From an uncultured virus (IMG/VR IMGVR_UViG_3300030328_002163) (taxonomy: Duplodnaviria; Heunggongvirae; Uroviricota; Caudoviricetes; Crassvirales), in IMG/VR virus record IMGVR_UViG_3300030328_002163: DNA of 20,000 nt; one strand, written 5' to 3'. Both the position numbers and the translations under genes were made by a program. Shown in pieces: positions 15,722 to 20,000 of this stretch (positions are counted from its first letter, which is position 1; each line of letters starts with the position of its first letter). Below the pieces are notes generated by a model, which was not told the origin of the DNA, did not search any database, and saw only the letters and a list, made by a program, of their open reading frames with translations.

Positions 15722-17437
15722 TTATGTAGGTATACAATTTGATTCTGTGGTTACTTCTCCAAGACTACCTGTTATTTCTATGTATGTGTTTTGAGAGCCC
15801 ACTGTGTAAAGATAATAATTTCCTGCCGCTAAAGGACTAGAGCATCCCGAGTTAGTATACACAAAGTCACCTAATACAGGATAACTTCCAGATCCATCGT
15901 GATAGTAAGTAACATTTGCTGTTGGATTAGCACCTGGTCCACAAATCTGATTAAATACTAAATCAGAACTACCTAAAAACGAAGTACACGTTCCGCAATT
16001 AGTTACAGATGCAACTACTCCAGCTCCACCACTTATAGTTATGTAACTACCACCATTAGCAGTGGTTATTTTATATAATCCATTGGAGAGTGTTGTTGCT
16101 TTACACACATCAGTATAACAAATATCGGTTGCAACCGGTAATGAGCCTGATCCATTATGATAGAAATTAGTTGTTAAAGATGCTGCACATGCATCAGCGC
16201 CACTAGCTTGACTTGTGCTTGAGCTAAAGGATGTTCCTAATGCAAAACTAAATGGACCTGTTACTGCCCCTGCGGTCCCTACCTCATAATAAGCAGTAGC
16301 ATCTAATTTATAATACCCTGCACTTAAAGGTGTCGTGCCTCCTGCATCTGAATAAGCTGTGTCCCCTGTTGTTGGTAAACTACCAGCGCCATCATGATAA
16401 TAAGTTTGATCAACAGTATCCCCACACGCTGCAACTACTGTTGCATTAAGAGTTGAACTTTGGAATGCAGTATTAGTTGGACATGTTGTGATGGCGGTTA
16501 CTACACCACTTACCACCTCTGCTACTGTAGTTGATGTAATTTTATAAAACCCATTTGTTAATGCAGTGGCTCCAGTACTGTTTGAAAACACAAAGTTACC
16601 TACTTGAGGAACAGTATTGCTATCCGCAACAGGTGCACTTGATCCTGTAGTAGATGAATTTTGTGCAAAATAATATGTTTGCCCTTGAGTAGCACTACAC
16701 GCTAAAGGTGCACTTGTTTGTACTAAATTAGTAGTAAATGATGGTAATGATGTTGGACAAATAGCTTTAAATTGAAATGCTGTACCTCCACACACACCAA
16801 CTAATTGTAATCTTAATGTAGAAGGTGAAGCATTTGGTTTAGGTATAACCATCGTGTAATAAATATTACCTGTAGCATTTAAATTTACTGTACCAGACGC
16901 GGGTATAGCTATGGTAGAACTGGTTCCAGCATCTACAAAAGCCGCACCATCATAAGTAAAGTCAGTGACTGTAAATGAATTGCCTTGTAAATCCGAGGCT
17001 GCACATCCACTTACACCTGTAGCTCCAACAAAGTTAAGTTCTCCAGCTGTGGCTTCTTCTATACCATGATTATTCGTAGTAAGAGTGTTATATGTTGTTG
17101 AATCAAAAGTTGCTAGTATACCATCTGGCACACTATAAGGTTGAAAATAAACCACTATAGCTCCTACATCCCCTGTAGTATTACCCATGTCAATATCAAT
17201 AATATAACTACCCACACCTCCACTTGCAGAGACATCACTTCCACATGGTACTGGACACTCACAACTAGCAGCAGTTCCTAATGTTCCTCCTGTTTGTTGT
17301 CTATATGTCAAAGTAGTTTCAGTTGGTGCTTGATACCATCCATCAGGTGCTTTTGTTGTTAAAAGACTATCTGTCCACACTGCGGTTGCAGAAGCAAAAG
17401 TTGATGTGTCTATATAATATGTAGTGTCTGTAGCCAT
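15722..17437 (-). CDS. Thr/Gly/Ser-rich, Cys-containing repeat virion protein (tail fibre/adhesin/decoration-like, 571 aa)
   Basis: Beta-rich composition, four internal ~80-90-aa repeats, and location within the tail block. Confidence 0.7.
   Translation of the reverse strand: MATDTTYYIDTSTFASATAVWTDSLLTTKAPDGWYQAPTETTLTYRQQTGGTLGTAASCECPVPCGSDVSASGGVGSYIIDIDMGNTTGDVGAIVVYFQPYSVPDGILATFDSTTYNTLTTNNHGIEEATAGELNFVGATGVSGCAASDLQGNSFTVTDFTYDGAAFVDAGTSSTIAIPASGTVNLNATGNIYYTMVIPKPNASPSTLRLQLVGVCGGTAFQFKAICPTSLPSFTTNLVQTSAPLACSATQGQTYYFAQNSSTTGSSAPVADSNTVPQVGNFVFSNSTGATALTNGFYKITSTTVAEVVSGVVTAITTCPTNTAFQSSTLNATVVAACGDTVDQTYYHDGAGSLPTTGDTAYSDAGGTTPLSAGYYKLDATAYYEVGTAGAVTGPFSFALGTSFSSSTSQASGADACAASLTTNFYHNGSGSLPVATDICYTDVCKATTLSNGLYKITTANGGSYITISGGAGVVASVTNCGTCTSFLGSSDLVFNQICGPGANPTANVTYYHDGSGSYPVLGDFVYTNSGCSSPLAAGNYYLYTVGSQNTYIEITGSLGEVTTESNCIPT
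15734..16747 (-). repeat. Four tandem protein-level repeats, consensus F..S......AC......TYYHxGxGSxP..GD.xY....TxL..GxYKx......V..GxV....C
   Basis: aa ~231-319, 322-398, 402-481 and 485-568 of the 571-aa ORF. A fifth copy ends the upstream gene (~17445-17680). Confidence 0.85.
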
Positions 17438-17441
17438 ATTT

Positions 17442-20000
17442 TTAACAAGTTAATAAATTTTCTACTCTACCCGAGCTGTTAACATATATTACTGATGTTG
17501 CACTTAATGAATAATAACCAGCAGAAACTATTGTTGTTCCTGTATTATTAGAAAATACAAAATCATTTACAATTGGAGTTGTCCCACTTCCATTATGATA
17601 GTAAGTTTGATCTTGAGCGAGTCCACATGCTTCAGATCTTGTAGATTTCATTAATGATCCTGGGAAAGATGTATATGTACATCCAGTACAACATACATCA
17701 GTAGCACTAGTCGTACTTGCACATAAAGGTATAGCTGTTCCACATGGTGCACATTGAGTGGCTGGAAGAAGTGATCCGCTTGATTGCTCTCTAACAATTC
17801 CACCTGTTTGATAAAACTGATTAGGGGCTTTAGTGTGTAAATTAGAGTCTGTCCAAACAGCAGTAGCAGTAGCAAAACTATCTGTGTCAATATAATAACC
17901 CACAGTATTTCCTGAACAACATGCAATTACATCTGTTGAACCATCTCTTAAATTTACATTAGTTACATTTCTATAATCCCATACCATATATAAATACTTA
18001 TCAGTCGTTGGATTATTATTAGTGTAAGTAAATGATGCTTGATACAAACCAGTAGATGGATTAGTTATTGGTGTTACATTAGTTGCTGCAGCATCAATAT
18101 TAGCCCATGAACCTGCATCATATTCAGTTGAACTTATAAGGTATTTAAACTTGTCCACCGTAGGATCAAAAACAAAATCATCAAAATCTTTTTTGTTTGA
18201 TTGCATGGTAATCGTAGCACCACTTATAGGCATAATTCCCACAGATGTTTGTCCAGTTGTAGAAATAAAACTTTCTACTGGATACGCAAATGGCAGATTA
18301 TTTGGTGCAAATTGAATTAGCTCACTAGACGATGGACTAGTTAATGTTCCTTTAGACCAAAAATATTGATTATGAATAAATTTACCATCATCTACAGGAG
18401 AGCCTAATGTCATTTGTACTACAATAATTTCATTTGTTACTGGACAATAAGGTGTTATTTCATAGGTAACAGTACCAGTTGGAGTAATTGTAACAGTTGC
18501 TGTAGAGGGGGTAGATTTGTTTTTAGTAAAACTTAGAGTTCCACTACCAGTTATAGATTGGTTTATAACAGCATTTCCATCCCATACCACAAGCAGAGTC
18601 ACTGTTCCTGTGACATAATAACCAAATTCTACTGTACCTTGAGTAGAACCAAAATTTATTGAATAAGAAGAGGCGTTAGTTACATTTTGCCTAGCAATTA
18701 AAATTCCACATGATAATGGTACTACTGCCGTAGGAATATTTGTGGTGGTATTTGATAATACATATTCATTCATATAAGGATCAAATCCTCCTAGTTTTTG
18801 TTTTCCAAAATTTCCTGTAAATAAATCTCTAAAATAAGACCTCATTCCCAACTCTGAAATAACTCTCAAAGCCTGTTGTCTTCCTGACCCTTTAAGCTGG
18901 ATCACTACATTTCTTTTAGCATCTGTGAAATACATAGAATCACCATGAGAAGCAAAGCTTTCAGGGTTATTGCTTATACCGTACTCTTCTATTCGTGCTA
19001 TCTGTTGCCCTAAAATTAATGGTGATGATGTAATTGCCCCTCCACCCTCAGCTGTAGTTAATACATCTTTTTGTGCTAATACATAAGATATTTTATCTTC
19101 TTGTAAACACATTATATCGGTTTCTCTGCCATGTAAAACTTGTATAGGACCATACGACACCTCACAGTCTTTAAAGTTAGCGAGACCTAGGTTAAATTCA
19201 TTAAGCCTATTGATATTAGTTTCCTCACTATATAACCCACTATAAGTCATTCCTGCAAACCTATCCGCTTCTTTGTAGTCTACATCTGATACTGATGTGA
19301 CTCTTTGCCCTAAAGTAAATGATTGTCCAACCAGTGAGTCTTCTACTTTAAAACTTTCTACCCCATTACCAAATGAAAAACAATCAAAGAAACCTAATGT
19401 ACTTATTGCCGGTAATGTACTTGTTTGATTTTGAGTACTTCCTGTATGAAACCCTCCTGTTATATCATAACATGTATCATCTTCATAATATACGTCATTA
19501 TCCACATCTACAGGTATTGTTTCAAAGGTTATTATAGAATTAGCAATTTGTACTGATATTCTAGCTTTTAATTTTGATTTGTGCCCTCCAACACCTTGAG
19601 TTCCACTTTTTATCCATAAGTATAAAAAATTAGTTTGAGATGTCCCTGTGGATGGAGCTCCTCCATTAGTGGTTCTATATTCATATCTATTTCTACCTTC
19701 ATCAGACCCAATATTAGAGTCATCAGTTGTAGATGGGAAAGGTTGTGAGTTTAAAAATATATTTTCATTAGCCCCTGAATCATCTGTACTAGTGTCTGTT
19801 CCTCCTTGAAAATCAACCCCTTCTCCTATGGTAAAGTCATATAAATTAGCATAATCATTAGAAGCTGCAAAAGTTTTATTATAATTATAAATTCTTGAAC
19901 CCACATTATTATTTCTTTCACTTCTAAAAAATTCAATATCAAATGTTACTAAACTACCCTCTGGTATAACTAAGTTTACATCGTCTGTAGTATTATCTCT
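17442..20000 (-). CDS. Tail stabilisation/nozzle (P22 gp10-like role) protein with appended accessory domains; 5' end lies beyond the window
   Basis: The frame is open to base 20000 (RDNTTDDVNLVIPEGSLVTFDIEFFRSERNNNVGSRIY...). Motifs CFSFGNGVES, TYSGLY, LNEFN, YGPIQ, LQEDKISYV, EYGISNNPESF, YFTDAKR, GMRSYFRD and LGGFDPY are characteristic of crAss-like/Cellulophaga-phage stabilisation proteins. Confidence 0.75.
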   Translation of the reverse strand, partial: RDNTTDDVNLVIPEGSLVTFDIEFFRSERNNNVGSRIYNYNKTFAASNDYANLYDFTIGEGVDFQGGTDTSTDDSGANENIFLNSQPFPSTTDDSNIGSDEGRNRYEYRTTNGGAPSTGTSQTNFLYLWIKSGTQGVGGHKSKLKARISVQIANSIITFETIPVDVDNDVYYEDDTCYDITGGFHTGSTQNQTSTLPAISTLGFFDCFSFGNGVESFKVEDSLVGQSFTLGQRVTSVSDVDYKEADRFAGMTYSGLYSEETNINRLNEFNLGLANFKDCEVSYGPIQVLHGRETDIMCLQEDKISYVLAQKDVLTTAEGGGAITSSPLILGQQIARIEEYGISNNPESFASHGDSMYFTDAKRNVVIQLKGSGRQQALRVISELGMRSYFRDLFTGNFGKQKLGGFDPYMNEYVLSNTTTNIPTAVVPLSCGILIARQNVTNASSYSINFGSTQGTVEFGYYVTGTVTLLVVWDGNAVINQSITGSGTLSFTKNKSTPSTATVTITPTGTVTYEITPYCPVTNEIIVVQMTLGSPVDDGKFIHNQYFWSKGTLTSPSSSELIQFAPNNLPFAYPVESFISTTGQTSVGIMPISGATITMQSNKKDFDDFVFDPTVDKFKYLISSTEYDAGSWANIDAAATNVTPITNPSTGLYQASFTYTNNNPTTDKYLYMVWDYRNVTNVNLRDGSTDVIACCSGNTVGYYIDTDSFATATAVWTDSNLHTKAPNQFYQTGGIVREQSSGSLLPATQCAPCGTAIPLCASTTSATDVCCTGCTYTSFPGSLMKSTRSEACGLAQDQTYYHNGSGTTPIVNDFVFSNNTGTTIVSAGYYSLSATSVIYVNSSGRVENLLTC

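Noticed and set aside
15717..17444. Stop-codon readthrough or an alternative genetic code fusing the tail ORFs
   Set aside because: The stops are TAA followed by 4-nt spacers, so the downstream ORFs are out of frame. TAG and TGA also terminate genes normally elsewhere in the window.
15734..17900. Diversity-generating retroelement TR/VR pair or CRISPR-like array
   Set aside because: The repeats are diverged protein-level modules, not near-identical copies differing at adenines. No reverse transcriptase or regularly spaced DNA repeats are in the window.
17651..17926. 91-aa same-strand alternative-frame ORF in the nozzle gene
   Set aside because: The Leu/Val/Gln-rich sequence is the expected by-product of shifted Thr/Ala codons. 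I see no compositional anomaly or recognisable motif, unlike the overlaps at 1091 and 9234.
1..20000. tRNA, rRNA, integrase, transposase, intron or intein
   Set aside because: Coding is nearly continuous with no intergenic gap over about 70 bp, and no such motifs were recognised.

Overview
This is a fragment of an AT-rich, podovirus-like dsDNA tailed phage genome. The host is most likely Bacteroidota (Flavobacteriia-like), inferred from TAnnTTTG promoter boxes, the lack of Shine-Dalgarno motifs, and a crAss/Cellulophaga-phage-type tail protein. Two modules converge at about 4520. The + strand (1-4523) is a replication and DNA-modification block: SF3 primase-helicase C-terminus, orphan C5-cytosine methyltransferase, SF2/SNF2-like helicase, a small 2-TM protein, a VRR-NUC nuclease and three hypotheticals. 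The - strand (4520-20000) is a virion block: a tail stabilisation/nozzle gene apparently split in two around a Cys-containing repeat protein, a cupin-like protein, and three probable ejection/internal virion proteins. The largest of these is 2355 aa and has a zincin HExxH domain. The most interesting signals are hidden coding layers. (1) A 53-aa highly basic MPFKSEAQR... gene is nested in another frame of the 2355-aa gene. (2) An alternative-frame, beta-subunit-like ORF lies inside the methyltransferase, which also appears to have several TRD-like modules. (3) An A10 slippery run near the start of the giant gene is followed by about 30 open codons in both shifted frames. All family assignments come from motif recognition by eye; no searches were run.
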